DNA of 64,000 bases from an uncultured bacterium (GTDB lineage: Bacteria; Patescibacteriota; Minisyncoccia; Moranbacterales; UBA2206): NCBI GenBank assembly GCA_903937035.1, contig CAIZXS010000005.1, forward strand, positions 62,746-126,745, given 5' to 3'. Below the pieces are notes generated by a model. It saw only the letters and a program-made list of their open reading frames with translations, did no database searches and was not told the origin of the DNA. Shown in pieces: positions 44,322-54,807 of the stretch (position 1 is its first letter; each line of letters starts with the position of its first letter). Made by a program: the position numbers and the translations under genes.

Positions 44322-45524
44322 ATGTTTTCAAGAAAATTAGAATCCATTTCGCCGGAAGAGAGAAAAGAAATAAAAGAAAAAATAAAAAAAGAAACAGATG
44401 ATATGTTGGCAGGATTAAATGAACATGGTGCTATTATTGATATTAAGCTGGCAATGTCAAAACAGGCGATAAAAGATTCCAGAAAACGGGCCGATATTCA
44501 GAGAAAGATAAAAGAAATGGAAAATATTGGTCAACCAAATGAAAACGAACTGGAAGAAGCCATGGGAAAAGCAGAAGTTCTAGTCAGAAAAGAGGAACGG
44601 CTTAATTTTATTTTTCAAAAATATGAAGAATTGATTAGTTTGGCAAATAGAGGTGATCAGGCGCTAAGAAGAACTATCTTGAAAGATGGGCAAAAGAGCG
44701 TTCCTGCTCGTTTATCAGTGGTTGTTTTGGAAAAAATAAAAAAAGATTTTCAGTTTTTTCTTCCCTTCAAACAGGAGAACTTTTTTTTGAAAAAAGTGAA
44801 AAAGTTTTTTTCTGAAGCTAAGCTAGAAAACTCGAAAGAATTCAGCGAGCAGGAATTGGATGAATTGATTAAACAAATAAAGAAAAAAGAAACAGAGATA
44901 GAGCTTATTTCCGCCTTGCTCACCGCGACCAAAAAAGCCGGGGCGGAGCAGAATGTTTCGGGGATAAAAGGCGTGGAGTTGGAAGTTGTTGATGGAAAAA
45001 AATTGGCAGAAAATGAGCCGTTAGCGGAAAAATTAACAGTGATGTATCGTGCGAATAATTCGCATAAATCAGAAAAAGATCTGGAAAGATTGCTGGGTGA
45101 TTTTGAAAAACATAAGCAATATGAGCCAAAATTTAATTTAATTTATTTTGACAGGGAAAATAAAACTAATCCAAAAAAGTCTTTGGAAAATTTAGTCGGT
45201 TTTATGCGTTCATCCGGCTGCATTACAAAATTTGAAGAGCAGCCGCTCGTTGAATTGCCGGAAGGCGAGCGCTATCTCGGCGCGATGAATATTGACCCGA
45301 TTTTGCAAAAATTCTATTTCGGGGAAAACTTTTTGCGTGAGATTATGGAAAAAGAATTTTCCAGCGGTACGAAAAAACTGATCGCGCATGTGCCGGAAAA
45401 TGGACCGTCACATAAAATTGTTAAACTGCTGGGTTTTGAGACTGTGGCCGAAGAAGGGGATTATCGGGATGATGCCGGCGATATTATCGCGAAGAGATTG
45501 CGGGTGGAGTTGGCGAGAGACTGA
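44322..45524 (+). CDS. Hypothetical K/E-rich coiled-coil protein
   Basis: About 400 aa from MFSRKLESISPEERKEIKEK. The ORF-track start at 44208 lies inside an AT-rich promoter-like stretch, so ATG 44322 is the more plausible start. Confidence 0.45.
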   Translation: MFSRKLESISPEERKEIKEKIKKETDDMLAGLNEHGAIIDIKLAMSKQAIKDSRKRADIQRKIKEMENIGQPNENELEEAMGKAEVLVRKEERLNFIFQKYEELISLANRGDQALRRTILKDGQKSVPARLSVVVLEKIKKDFQFFLPFKQENFFLKKVKKFFSEAKLENSKEFSEQELDELIKQIKKKETEIELISALLTATKKAGAEQNVSGIKGVELEVVDGKKLAENEPLAEKLTVMYRANNSHKSEKDLERLLGDFEKHKQYEPKFNLIYFDRENKTNPKKSLENLVGFMRSSGCITKFEEQPLVELPEGERYLGAMNIDPILQKFYFGENFLREIMEKEFSSGTKKLIAHVPENGPSHKIVKLLGFETVAEEGDYRDDAGDIIAKRLRVELARD

Positions 45525-45677
45525 AATCAGTTTTATTTTATGTGAAATTCCTTTACTGGCCCTTTGTGCGTCCCCTCTCAGGGATGGAGGCTGATATGCA
45601 TGGAAATTATTAAGCCAGGGTATTTGCGTGCAATTTTTCTTTGTCTCATATATAATGCAAAATATGAAGCTAAAAAT

Positions 45678-46259
45678 ATGATTGGAAAAATCAGAGGAAA
45701 AATTGAATCAATCAAAGAAAGTTATGTCATTATTGATGTGCATGATATTGGCTATAAGGTTCAGATGAATAGCTATTCTTTGGCGAAAATTGCTGGCACT
45801 GAAGTGGTGGAGCTTTTCATCTACACGCATGTGCGTGAAGACGTGCTGGCGCTTTATGGCTTTATTACCGAAGAGGAGCAAGAGATGTTTGAGCTTTTGA
45901 TTTCGATTTCTGGTATCGGCCCAAAGGCGGCTTCGAGCATCTTGGCGATCGCCAGTCCAAAAACGATCAAAGCTGCTATTGTTAATGAGGATCCGTCAAT
46001 TTTGACTAAAGTTTCCGGTATCGGCAAGAAAACGGCTGGTCGGGTGATTTTGGAATTGAAAAATAAAGTGGGAACGATTTCGCAGGATGATCAAGATGAA
46101 ACGACGGGTGATTCTAATGCAATTGAGGCTTTGATGGCAATGGGGTATAGTGCCTATGAAGCGCGCGAAGCTTTGAAAGTTGTTCCGGCGGATGTTCAGG
46201 ATATTGGAAAGCGAGTGGGCATGGCACTAAAAAACATTGGTAAGAATAGAAAAAATTAA
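45678..46259 (+). CDS. ruvA: Holliday junction DNA helicase RuvA
   Basis: MIGKIRGKIESIKESYVIIDVHDIGYKV.. OB-fold N-terminus, HhH motifs ISGIGPKAA / VSGIGKKTA, C-terminal domain III. The ORF track starts 38 codons earlier. Confidence 0.85.
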   Translation: MIGKIRGKIESIKESYVIIDVHDIGYKVQMNSYSLAKIAGTEVVELFIYTHVREDVLALYGFITEEEQEMFELLISISGIGPKAASSILAIASPKTIKAAIVNEDPSILTKVSGIGKKTAGRVILELKNKVGTISQDDQDETTGDSNAIEALMAMGYSAYEAREALKVVPADVQDIGKRVGMALKNIGKNRKN

Positions 46260-46277
46260 TTTGTTAATATTAATAAA

Positions 46278-46817
46278 ATGAACAAGCAAAAAATTGCTAT
46301 TGGCGCGGTAACTTTTATTGCAATGCTGGTAATTTCTGGTTGCGGACCAGATTTGGGGAAAACAATCATAGAAAAAACGATTGAATCGCAAACAGGCGGA
46401 AAGGTGAGTATTGACTCTGATAAGGGTGAGGTAAATATTAAGTCAGATCAGGGAGATTTGAGTGTGTCTGGAAATGGAACAGCTTCATTGAACAAGGATT
46501 TTCCCAAAGATATCTATATTGCTCCAGATGCTAAAGTAATAATGTCGCTTGCAAATGGCGAGAATAAAAGCTATTCAGTTGTCTATACTACAGCTATGAA
46601 ATCAGATGAAATTTATGTGAAGTATAAAGAAGAACTAATGGCAAAAGGCTGGACAACTGATCCGCAAACAGAGATTGTTTTCCAGGATTCTAAGACAATG
46701 CAATATAAAAATGGAGCAAAGAGGTTGACTCTAATCATGGGGCTTAGCCAGGAGTCACAATTTGAAGGCAGGACGCATGTGCAGGTGATTGGTGCGGAAG
46801 ATCAGTCGGGAAATTAG
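46278..46817 (+). CDS. Lipoprotein, hypothetical
   Basis: 179 aa. Signal peptide with lipobox MLVISGC. Confidence 0.5.
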   Translation: MNKQKIAIGAVTFIAMLVISGCGPDLGKTIIEKTIESQTGGKVSIDSDKGEVNIKSDQGDLSVSGNGTASLNKDFPKDIYIAPDAKVIMSLANGENKSYSVVYTTAMKSDEIYVKYKEELMAKGWTTDPQTEIVFQDSKTMQYKNGAKRLTLIMGLSQESQFEGRTHVQVIGAEDQSGN

Positions 46818-46835
46818 TTTTTAGTTTTTTGTAGT

Positions 46836-47816
46836 ATGGAAGAGGAAAAAAAGGCAAAATCAGTGCAAGAAAATTCTCCCTCAGGAGAATTTTTGCAGTC
46901 GAACGAATGGCTGATGTTTCAGGAAAGTGTTGGGCGAAAAACTTTCAATCTTGCTGGCAAGAATTTTTCGGCGAACATCATTGAGCACAGGCTTCCAATA
47001 GCTGGAAAGTATCTATATATTCCTAAAGGGCCAATCTTTTCATGTAACATGCAGCATATAACATGTAGCATTGATGAATTAATAAAGCTTGCAAAAGAAA
47101 ATAAGGCGGGGTGGATTCGGATTGAGCTGGAGACAGAAGAAATTTTGGAAATAGTTAGGAAAAATATAGACTATAAAATTGTCAAAGCCCCGCATGATGT
47201 GCAGCCGAAAGAAATTTTTGTCATAGATATTTCTAAGAGCGAAGATGAATTATTGGCTGAAATGAAGCCCAAAACACGATATAATGTGAAGTTGGCGGAG
47301 AAGAGGGGTGTGATAGTGAGCAGTGGCCAGCGAACAGTGACCAGCAAAAATGTTGATGAATTTTTGAGACTTACGCAAGTAATGGCGAAGAGACAGGGGA
47401 TTGTTGCGCATCCGGCAGAGTATTATCGCAAAATGATTGAAAATATTTCTGGTGACATCTTGAAACTATATGTTGCGGAATATGAAGGAAGAGTTATTGC
47501 GGCTAATCTCGTTGTGTTTTTTGGTGAAGCTTGTGTTTATCTTCACGGTGCGTCGGATGATGATTATAGGAACGTCATGGCGCCCTACCTTTTGCAGTGG
47601 CAGCAAATTCAAGACGCGAAAGAGGCGGGTTGTGTGAGATATGATTTCGGGGGAGTTTCCGCGATCAATTGGCAGGGGATTACTAAATTTAAACTTGGCT
47701 TTTCGCCAAAAACAATGCCAACTATTTTCCCTGGTAGTTACGATATCGTTATTAGTATGACAAAATATCGATTATATCGAAGTATCCAGAGATTAAGGCG
47801 TCTGCGCAGGGACTGA
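46836..47816 (+). CDS. FemAB-family aminoacyltransferase (peptidoglycan interpeptide bridge formation)
   Basis: 326 aa. KTRYNVKLAEKRGV and YLHGASDDDYRNVMAPYLLQWQQIQDAKEAGCVRYDFGGV resemble FemX/FemAB acyltransferase-fold signatures. Confidence 0.6.
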   Translation: MEEEKKAKSVQENSPSGEFLQSNEWLMFQESVGRKTFNLAGKNFSANIIEHRLPIAGKYLYIPKGPIFSCNMQHITCSIDELIKLAKENKAGWIRIELETEEILEIVRKNIDYKIVKAPHDVQPKEIFVIDISKSEDELLAEMKPKTRYNVKLAEKRGVIVSSGQRTVTSKNVDEFLRLTQVMAKRQGIVAHPAEYYRKMIENISGDILKLYVAEYEGRVIAANLVVFFGEACVYLHGASDDDYRNVMAPYLLQWQQIQDAKEAGCVRYDFGGVSAINWQGITKFKLGFSPKTMPTIFPGSYDIVISMTKYRLYRSIQRLRRLRRD

Positions 47817-47872
47817 TATTTTCAGGCGTGTTGCCTTTTTGTCTAAGAGCAGAACTTTCTTGTTAGCTGGTG

Positions 47873-47900
47873 CTTTACAATTTTCATAAATACTATACAA
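47873..47900 (+). promoter_or_regulatory. Candidate promoter for the surface-protein cluster
   Basis: TTACAA, 16 nt spacer, TACAAT, located ~65 nt upstream of 47966. Confidence 0.3.
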
Positions 47901-47965
47901 TTTATATAGTAGTAGGTTTAGTGAAGACTTTGGTCTATTTAAAAAAAGTTTAAAATAAAAAAAAT

Positions 47966-48610
47966 ATGAAAAAGACGATTAAGATGACGTTGGCGAGTAG
48001 TGTGGTGCTAATGCTACTTTTTGTTATTCTTGAGCCACAACTAACAAAAGCCGTTAGTGATTCCGTTACTGTTTCTCAATCAGTTACCGCCGAGATCACC
48101 ATTTCTTCTCCGTCTGACGTGACAATGTCAAGTATTGCTGGTATCACTGGCGGAACCGGAACAGGGTCGGCCATTTGGAACGTCAAGACTAATAATTCCA
48201 CAGGATTTAATATGGCATTGAAGGCTGGCGCGGCCCCAGCACTTGCTAGCGGTGGAAATAATTTTGCTGATTACGGGGAGGCCACTCCCGATACACCTGA
48301 TTATACTTGGTCGATTGCAGCCACTGATTCAGAATTTGGTTATACGGTTGAACCAGCAACAGCTGGTGACGCTACAGTGATGTTCCGGGATAATGGGACA
48401 ACGACTTGTGGAACAGGAGCTAATCAGACTGCTGACAAATGTTGGATCAAGTTTAAGACAACTGATGTAATTGGGATTAACCGGTCTAGCGTAACAACTG
48501 CAGCTGGAGAAGACGAGGTGGTGAAATTCCAAGCTCAATCTGGCGCATCGCACTTTCAACCACAAGGAACATATACAGCTACCATTACCGCGACTGCCTT
48601 GGTTAACTAA
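47966..48610 (+). CDS. Secreted beta-rich surface subunit, SCPU/DUF4402-like (type 1 domain)
   Basis: 214 aa. Signal peptide. C-terminal strand GTYTATITATALVN resembles the G-x-Y-x-G-x-F-T-V-T-V-x-Y-N end of DUF4402/spore-coat-U-like fimbrial proteins. Paralogous to the C-half of 52762..53514. Confidence 0.45.
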   Translation: MKKTIKMTLASSVVLMLLFVILEPQLTKAVSDSVTVSQSVTAEITISSPSDVTMSSIAGITGGTGTGSAIWNVKTNNSTGFNMALKAGAAPALASGGNNFADYGEATPDTPDYTWSIAATDSEFGYTVEPATAGDATVMFRDNGTTTCGTGANQTADKCWIKFKTTDVIGINRSSVTTAAGEDEVVKFQAQSGASHFQPQGTYTATITATALVN

Positions 48611-48647
48611 GTAGATTTCAGATGCAGGGGGTCGGTCTAATATATCT

Positions 48648-49622
48648 ATGAAAAAACTATTACTTTTCTTTTTTGCGATTTGTCTTTTTAGCAAAATTGG
48701 GGCTGCCCCAGTTTTTGCTTATAAAATAGAAGCTTTGGACGACTCTGAGACTAAGGGTGATTTTGTTTTGGGACCAGGTAAGACGGAGCTTTTTATGAAT
48801 CCGGGAGAGACCTATACAAAGGAGCTGATGATAACCAATCGTCTAGGTCGTACGATGGAGTTTGGTGTAATCGTTGAGGATTTTAAGGGTTCGAAAAATC
48901 CAGAAGAGAGTGTAAATCTTTTGGGTGATGAGCGAGGACCATTTTCTTTGCGCGACTATATTAAACCGGAAATTACCAAATTCACATTGAAAAATAATGA
49001 AAGGATTCTTTTGCCGACAGTCATTGCGATTCCGGCTGGTTCTGAACCGGGTGGTCTCTACGCATCTGTTTTAGTGGTCACCAATCCATCGGAAGAGGAA
49101 TTGAAAAAAGAGGATGAGAATAAAGGAAAAACAAAACTTATTTCTCGCTTGGGCACGCTATTTTTTGTGCGCGTAAAGGGTACTGCTAAGGAAGAGGGAG
49201 TTCTCAAGAGTTTTAATGTTAAAGATAATAAGCTTTTTTTTGAAAAAGCACCAGTATCCTTGGAAGTTCTTTTTGAAAATACTGGCAGTGTTCATTTGAT
49301 GCCTTATGGCTCGATTGAGATCAAAAATATTTTGGGTCAAAAAATTGATGAGATTAATGTTGATCCATGGTTTATTATGCCCGGGTCAATGCGGTCACGA
49401 GTGATTGAGTGGAGCGGGAAGAAACTATTATTTGGTAGATATACAGCTGAATTGGTTGAAAATAGAGGGTATGGGGATATTTTAGATAAAAAATCAATTA
49501 GCTTTTGGATTATTCCTTGGAAAGTTGTTTTAGCTATACTTTTCTTTTTATTCCTACTTAGCTGGTTTTTTCGCTGGGTGGGACGTCAATTTCATTTTGA
49601 AGTCAAGAGAAAGAAAAAATAA
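48648..49622 (+). CDS. DUF916/DUF3324-like cell-surface protein with C-terminal TM anchor (CscA-like), paralog 1
   Basis: 324 aa. Signal peptide, EPGGLYASVLVVTNP and FENTGSVHLMPYGSIEIKN beta-sandwich motifs, C-terminal TM VVLAILFFLFLLSWFF followed by basic tail RKKK. Confidence 0.45.
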   Translation: MKKLLLFFFAICLFSKIGAAPVFAYKIEALDDSETKGDFVLGPGKTELFMNPGETYTKELMITNRLGRTMEFGVIVEDFKGSKNPEESVNLLGDERGPFSLRDYIKPEITKFTLKNNERILLPTVIAIPAGSEPGGLYASVLVVTNPSEEELKKEDENKGKTKLISRLGTLFFVRVKGTAKEEGVLKSFNVKDNKLFFEKAPVSLEVLFENTGSVHLMPYGSIEIKNILGQKIDEINVDPWFIMPGSMRSRVIEWSGKKLLFGRYTAELVENRGYGDILDKKSISFWIIPWKVVLAILFFLFLLSWFFRWVGRQFHFEVKRKKK

Positions 49623-49639
49623 ATAAAAAAACCTATTCA

Positions 49640-50344
49640 ATGAAGTATTATATTGCCGTTTTCTTTTTAGTGTTATTTGCTTTTGGCGCTCCCTGTTTTT
49701 CATTGGCTGGAATGAGCAGTCAAAATTTTTCCATCCAAGCTGATGCGATTGATGTTGGAGGTACGCGTTCTTCATCTGGGGGAGTTTCTTTGAATGATTC
49801 GCTCGATGAGCTGGCAACGGGAGAATCAAGGAGTCTTTCTTTTATGGCGGATATCGGTTTTTGGCCAATGGTGGGCAATGATGAGGTTATCTCTTTCACC
49901 GTGACAGACGCGATAGCTAGCTTGGGAACACTTAGTCATTCGGCAGTGAGATATGACACAGCTACTTTCCGCGCTGCAACAACAGCCAAGGGCGGTTATT
50001 CTATCCAGTTTTTTGGGGTACCATTAACTTCTGGGGGTAATTTGATTAGTGCGCTGAGCACACCAACGCCTTCTGCGACTGACACGGAACAGTTTGGGTT
50101 TAACTTAGTGGCCAATAATTCCCCAGCGGTGGGCGTTGACCCTGTGGGTGGATCAGGTCAAGCTGCAGTTGGCTATAATACGCCAGATAGCTTCAAGTTT
50201 GTCTCTGGTGAAACAATTGCTCAAGCAGCTTTGCCCTCTAACTTTACCAACTACACAATGTCAATCATCAGTAACATTACAGGAATAACTGACGCGGGAA
50301 ATTATGCCACAAACCTAACCGTTGTTGTGACAGGAAGGTATTAG
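49640..50344 (+). CDS. Secreted beta-rich surface subunit with N-module MSSQNFSIQAD.. (type 2 domain)
   Basis: 234 aa. Signal peptide. The N-module is shared with 52762..53514. C-terminal strand GNYATNLTVVVTGRY. Confidence 0.45.
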   Translation: MKYYIAVFFLVLFAFGAPCFSLAGMSSQNFSIQADAIDVGGTRSSSGGVSLNDSLDELATGESRSLSFMADIGFWPMVGNDEVISFTVTDAIASLGTLSHSAVRYDTATFRAATTAKGGYSIQFFGVPLTSGGNLISALSTPTPSATDTEQFGFNLVANNSPAVGVDPVGGSGQAAVGYNTPDSFKFVSGETIAQAALPSNFTNYTMSIISNITGITDAGNYATNLTVVVTGRY

Positions 50345-50436
50345 TTGATTTTGAAAAAAATAGCTTTACTCTTTTATTATTTTTGGTATAATAAAATAGA
50401 TGGAGAAAATATAAATAATATATTAGTAAAAACAAA

Positions 50437-51522
50437 ATGCAACAAAAAAAAGGATTCATTGTTGGCTTGGGGGTTATGGTGCTTATTACGCTTGGAGTGT
50501 TTATTCTGAAAGCTCAAGCCGCATCACTTACAACAGCAAGAGTTTATCTTAATCGAAATGCAGAAAATCTCACCACAGGCGTGGCACACGAAATCCAATT
50601 TACCCCAGCGACAGCTGTCTCTGGTGGGGCGGGAGTGAATAAAGTAATTTTGGTTTTTCCAGATGCTGATGATGGTAAGTGGTGTGCCACTGCGGGAGCA
50701 CTTGTTGTCACGACTACAGGACTAAAAGATACAGCTACTGCGCTTCCTGGCACTCCGACAGCTGCTTGCGTAAAAGGAGTGGGCGCTGCCAGCTACGACA
50801 CTATCACAATCAGCGCCGTTGATGATTTATCCGCTGCAACACTTTATGGTGTAAAACTGACAGATACTGGAGTGGGAAAACTCGGTACGCCGGCTAATAC
50901 AACATCAGGCATCATCACGATGAAAACCAATAACAATACGATTGACATTGATAGTACTAATTTTGTTATTGACATTCTTGCTAGCGATCAAATTTCTATC
51001 TCAGGTGTGGTTGACCCAACTTTGACTTTTTCTATTTCAGATAGCTCAATTGGTTTTGGAACAATTACTTCAGCTGCTGTGAGATATGTCACAGCAGATT
51101 TGCTGGGTAGCGCGACTGAAGCGACCAACGGGTTGCCATCGACAGTAACTGTTTCAACTAATGGTACTGGTGGTGTTGTAGTAGAAATCAAGGATACTAA
51201 TGCTAATTCAGCTTCTGGTCTCTATAGCAATGCTGGATCAGGAAAGACGATCGCTTCTGCTGCTAGTACTGCTGTTACCTTAGGGAATGAAGGTTTCGGA
51301 GTATATGGAAAAAATTCCAGCAACATTACGCTCAGCGAAGCGTTTGACAATGACAGCACCGCTGATCTGGCAATTAGCACAACTTTTCAAACTATTGCTT
51401 CAACAGCTGGTCCTGTTAGTTCCGGCTCATTTGATATCTCAGCCAAGGCTGGCGTGTCCGGTTCGACTCCTGCTGGTAGCTATGCCGATACGCTGACAGT
51501 TGTTGCAACAGGAAAATTCTAA
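50437..51522 (+). CDS. Secreted/anchored beta-rich surface subunit (type 2-like domain, larger)
   Basis: 361 aa. N-terminal TM/signal. Region TFSISDSSIGFGTITSAAVRYVTADL parallels ISFTVTDAIASLGTLSHSAVRYDTATF of the preceding gene. C-terminal GSYADTLTVVATGKF. Confidence 0.45.
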   Translation: MQQKKGFIVGLGVMVLITLGVFILKAQAASLTTARVYLNRNAENLTTGVAHEIQFTPATAVSGGAGVNKVILVFPDADDGKWCATAGALVVTTTGLKDTATALPGTPTAACVKGVGAASYDTITISAVDDLSAATLYGVKLTDTGVGKLGTPANTTSGIITMKTNNNTIDIDSTNFVIDILASDQISISGVVDPTLTFSISDSSIGFGTITSAAVRYVTADLLGSATEATNGLPSTVTVSTNGTGGVVVEIKDTNANSASGLYSNAGSGKTIASAASTAVTLGNEGFGVYGKNSSNITLSEAFDNDSTADLAISTTFQTIASTAGPVSSGSFDISAKAGVSGSTPAGSYADTLTVVATGKF

Positions 51523-51545
51523 ATTAATCCTTACTCTTAAATCAA

Positions 51546-52535
51546 ATGACTGCGAAAAATAAATTTCTTGCTTTTCTTAGAATCGGTGCATTTCTTTACT
51601 TTATTTTTCTGGGAAAAGGAGCATTTGCTCTCACAATTTCTCCTCCAGTGAGGGAGATGACAGGGGACCCAGGAACAAAAATCAGTGGGATTATAAAGCT
51701 TTACAATGAAACCAATAAGGACCTTTCCGTTACTCCTTCGCAGTCAGACTTTGGCGCCAAGGAAACTGGTGACGGCGAGCCAGAATTTTTTGAGTTGAGC
51801 GGAGAAAAATCAAAAGATTTAGCCAGTTGGATTAAGGTTCCCGCTGGTCCTTTTGCAGTTAGATCGCTTGATTGGCAAAATATTATTTTTGAAATTGATA
51901 TCCCAAAAGATGCTGAGCCCGGAGGTCACTATGCTGCAGTTTTCTTCAGTCCGCAGCAATCAGAGAAAGACAATAATGGATCAGTTAGTGTTGACTATAG
52001 AACTGGGACATTGATTCTTCTCACGGTTTCGGGAAAAATGAATGAAAGTGGAAATTTGAAAAGTTTCTCTCTGAAAGATGGCAAAAAATTCTATGATCAC
52101 ATTCCGGTTAATTTTGAATTGAATGTTGAAAACAAGGGCAATGTTCATTTTAAACCAGCGGGAAATATCATTGTTAAAAGTATGTTTGGCGGAAATATCG
52201 CTGAGCTGCCAGTCTTGAAGGTTGATTCTGGTGGAAATGTTTTGCCCAGAAGCAGCCGTCGATTTGAGATTGTTTGGGGTGATTCGGATGAAAAGAAAAT
52301 GCCTAAAACTTTTTGGGAAAAGGCTAGATATGAATGGGCTAATTTTTATGTCGGAAGATATAGTGCGCTTGCGAGTGTGACGCTTCCTGGAAGCGGTCAG
52401 GTGACTTCCAATGTTTCATTCTGGGTTTTTCCTTGGCAGTTGCTTATTGTGCTGGCCATTGGACTGGTTGTGTTATTGTTTGCGTTTAGAACGTATAACC
52501 GTTGGATTATCAAAAAAGCCAGAGAGAAAAAATAA
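51546..52535 (+). CDS. DUF916/DUF3324-like cell-surface protein with C-terminal TM anchor, paralog 2
   Basis: 329 aa. EPGGHYAAVFFSP, FELNVENKGNVHFKPAGNIIVKS, C-terminal TM LLIVLAIGLVVLLFAF plus basic tail. Collinear with 48648..49622. Confidence 0.45.
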   Translation: MTAKNKFLAFLRIGAFLYFIFLGKGAFALTISPPVREMTGDPGTKISGIIKLYNETNKDLSVTPSQSDFGAKETGDGEPEFFELSGEKSKDLASWIKVPAGPFAVRSLDWQNIIFEIDIPKDAEPGGHYAAVFFSPQQSEKDNNGSVSVDYRTGTLILLTVSGKMNESGNLKSFSLKDGKKFYDHIPVNFELNVENKGNVHFKPAGNIIVKSMFGGNIAELPVLKVDSGGNVLPRSSRRFEIVWGDSDEKKMPKTFWEKARYEWANFYVGRYSALASVTLPGSGQVTSNVSFWVFPWQLLIVLAIGLVVLLFAFRTYNRWIIKKAREKK

Positions 52536-52581
52536 AAAAGTATTAAGGATTTCTATTTATATAAAAAATAACCCCCCCTAT

Positions 52582-52720
52582 TGTCATTCTGAGCGTAGCG
52601 CAGCGAAGTCGAAGAATCTGCTATGAGTTATTCTAATCCTTGCTATATTATAGAAAGCTTATGGTAGTGGATGGCAGATCCTTCGACTGCGTCCGAGTAC
52701 GGACTTCGCTCAGGATGACA
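52582..52720. repeat. Repeat family A, copy 3
   Basis: tgtcattctgagcgtagcgcagcgaagtcgaagaatctg ... gcagatccttcgactgcgtccgagtacggacttcgctcaggatgaca. Preceded by a C7 homopolymer. Confidence 0.7.
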
Positions 52721-52761
52721 TTTTTATTTAAATGCGCAAGTCCTTTTTTCAAAAGTTCGCT

Positions 52762-53514
52762 ATGAAAATTTATTTTGCTCTATTTATTCTTTTCTTTGGT
52801 CTTGGGACTGCCTCGGTTTTTGCTGCAATGAGCAGTCCAAATTTTTCTATTCAAAGTGATGATGTTTCCGTGGCCGGTTCTCGTTCTGAATCGTCCAATT
52901 TTCGTGCTGAGGATACTTTGGGCGAGTTAGCTACCGGAGATTCATCTAGCGCTTCCTATCGCTTGCGATCGGGCTATCAAAGTATGCAAGAGGTGTATCT
53001 TGCACTAAGCGCTCCATCGGATGTGACGATGACCCCAACTATTCCTGGTGTGAGTGGTGGCTCTGGCAATGGTTCTGTTTTTTGGACTGTGACAACAGAT
53101 AATCTAGCAGGCTATTCTTTTTATGTTAGAGCAGGAGCAGCCCCAGCTCTCACTAAATTAGGTAACCCTGGCGTATTTTTTGATGACTATACTCCTGGCG
53201 CAGCTCCTGATTATGCCTGGCAAGTTGATTCGACAAAAGCCGAATTTGGCTTCACCCCGGAAGGGTCTGATATTGTGCAAAAATTTCGTGATAATGGATC
53301 ATCTTGCAACACAGGAACATTTGATACGCCAGATGCTTGTTGGTATAATTTTGTTGCATCTAACCCGGGCGAGCTGATTGCTCACTCAGCCGGTTCCAAT
53401 CATCCAACTGGCATTGCCACCACCGTCAAGGTGGAGGCTCAATCGAATTCTTCTCATTTGCAAGAGGCTGGGACCTATCAAGTAACAATCACCGTGACAG
53501 CATTGGCAAATTAA
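52762..53514 (+). CDS. Secreted mosaic surface subunit: N-module of the 49640 type + C-terminal domain of the 47966 type
   Basis: Start taken at MKIYFALFILFF (signal peptide). The ORF track starts 10 codons earlier at 52732. AAMSSPNFSIQSDD...GELATGDSSSAS parallels 49640. LALSAPSDVTMTP...GTYQVTITVTALAN parallels 47966. Confidence 0.45.
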   Translation: MKIYFALFILFFGLGTASVFAAMSSPNFSIQSDDVSVAGSRSESSNFRAEDTLGELATGDSSSASYRLRSGYQSMQEVYLALSAPSDVTMTPTIPGVSGGSGNGSVFWTVTTDNLAGYSFYVRAGAAPALTKLGNPGVFFDDYTPGAAPDYAWQVDSTKAEFGFTPEGSDIVQKFRDNGSSCNTGTFDTPDACWYNFVASNPGELIAHSAGSNHPTGIATTVKVEAQSNSSHLQEAGTYQVTITVTALAN

Positions 53515-53538
53515 AAAAATATTAAATTAAAATTTGAT

Positions 53539-54777
53539 ATGGATAAATTGAAATTATTCATTAGGCAAAAATCAGCAATCAGAAAATTAATGAGCTTAAC
53601 CTTTCTTTTAACCTTTCTTTGGATGGATTTTTTTGTTTTCGGTGTGATAATTGGAAAACCCCTAACCTTTGCTCAGGCAGAGAGCACGATTCGCGTTGGG
53701 CTAAGAGTTCTTCCTTCGAATCCTATTGAAAATACTGAAAAAATAATTCCAAATAATGAGAAGCATGAATCATTGTCAGACTTAAGATCTTCCAGTTTTC
53801 GCTTGATTTCTTCTGTTGAAAATACAGATAAGAGTCTTCAGCTAAATGAAACCTCTCAGCCTGGTGAAAAATCTGATCAAGTCATGGAGTCAGATGGAGT
53901 TGTTTTGGGGAAATCAATTGTGGATTTTCAGGGCAAGGCGATTTATCCAAATTCAAATGTGCTCCTAGAGATTAGATCTTCTCCATTTTTAACTTCAGTA
54001 ATCAGTGATAGTCAGGGAAATTGGACTTGGACTAACTGGTGTCATCCTCTTGAAGATGGAGAGCATTGGCTGGAAGCGAGCAATGTTTCCCCCTTTGACT
54101 TATCAGGAAAAAGAGATATTTTCATACAAAGGTTTAAATTTTTTGTCAAAAACCAAGTAGATAGTAAACTAACTGACCAATTAGCACTTGAGAAATTAAT
54201 ATCCACAGCGGGTACTGATGGTGTAGCCGATATATTGGGCAAGGGGAATGTGAAAGATTTGTATTTGTTTAATATTGCCCTCCTAAACAAGAAAGAATAT
54301 AATCCACAAGATGAAATGTTTTTGCAATTGCTATTTAATCCTCTTGGACAAATTTCCGATAAAGAAGCCTTGATAAAATATGAAATTTATGGCGTAGACG
54401 AAAATGGCAGTATCGACCAGCCTCTTTTGGAGCTAAATGACAAAATAGAGCTTGCCGAAAATAAGGCTTTTCTAAAAAAAATTAAGTTACAAAAAGAGAT
54501 CACTGGTAACGAGTATTTTATTAAGGTAATGGCCTATATTGGTGGCAATGAATACGTTCAATCAGCTAAATTTGGAATAGCTCCCAAGATATTGCTTCAG
54601 GTGGGTGAAGTGAAGATAGATCAAGATAAATTTAGTAAGATCATTGTCTGGAATTCTTTGGTGGTTGTGGGTTTTGCAATCATAGTCCTTCTGTTGATGA
54701 TTTTTGAGTATCACCAGATGTCTCAATCTGATCTGATTAACGCTAAGATGTTAAAAAAACGACACTATTTTTCTTAG
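53539..54777 (+). CDS. Membrane-anchored protein with Ig-like domain, hypothetical
   Basis: 412 aa. N-terminal TM/signal, KSIVDFQGKAIYPNSNVLLEIRSSPFLTSVISDSQGNWTW (bacterial Ig-like pattern), C-terminal TM IIVWNSLVVVGFAIIVLLLMIF. Confidence 0.4.
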   Translation: MDKLKLFIRQKSAIRKLMSLTFLLTFLWMDFFVFGVIIGKPLTFAQAESTIRVGLRVLPSNPIENTEKIIPNNEKHESLSDLRSSSFRLISSVENTDKSLQLNETSQPGEKSDQVMESDGVVLGKSIVDFQGKAIYPNSNVLLEIRSSPFLTSVISDSQGNWTWTNWCHPLEDGEHWLEASNVSPFDLSGKRDIFIQRFKFFVKNQVDSKLTDQLALEKLISTAGTDGVADILGKGNVKDLYLFNIALLNKKEYNPQDEMFLQLLFNPLGQISDKEALIKYEIYGVDENGSIDQPLLELNDKIELAENKAFLKKIKLQKEITGNEYFIKVMAYIGGNEYVQSAKFGIAPKILLQVGEVKIDQDKFSKIIVWNSLVVVGFAIIVLLLMIFEYHQMSQSDLINAKMLKKRHYFS

Positions 54778-54807
54778 TGAGTGTATTAATTTTTAATAAA
54801 TAAAAAT

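Noticed and set aside
23531-52720. Possibility that repeat families A or B are CRISPR arrays
   Set aside because: Copies are dispersed tens of kb apart rather than regularly spaced with short spacers. Each copy is >100 bp with internal variable centres, and no cas genes are present.
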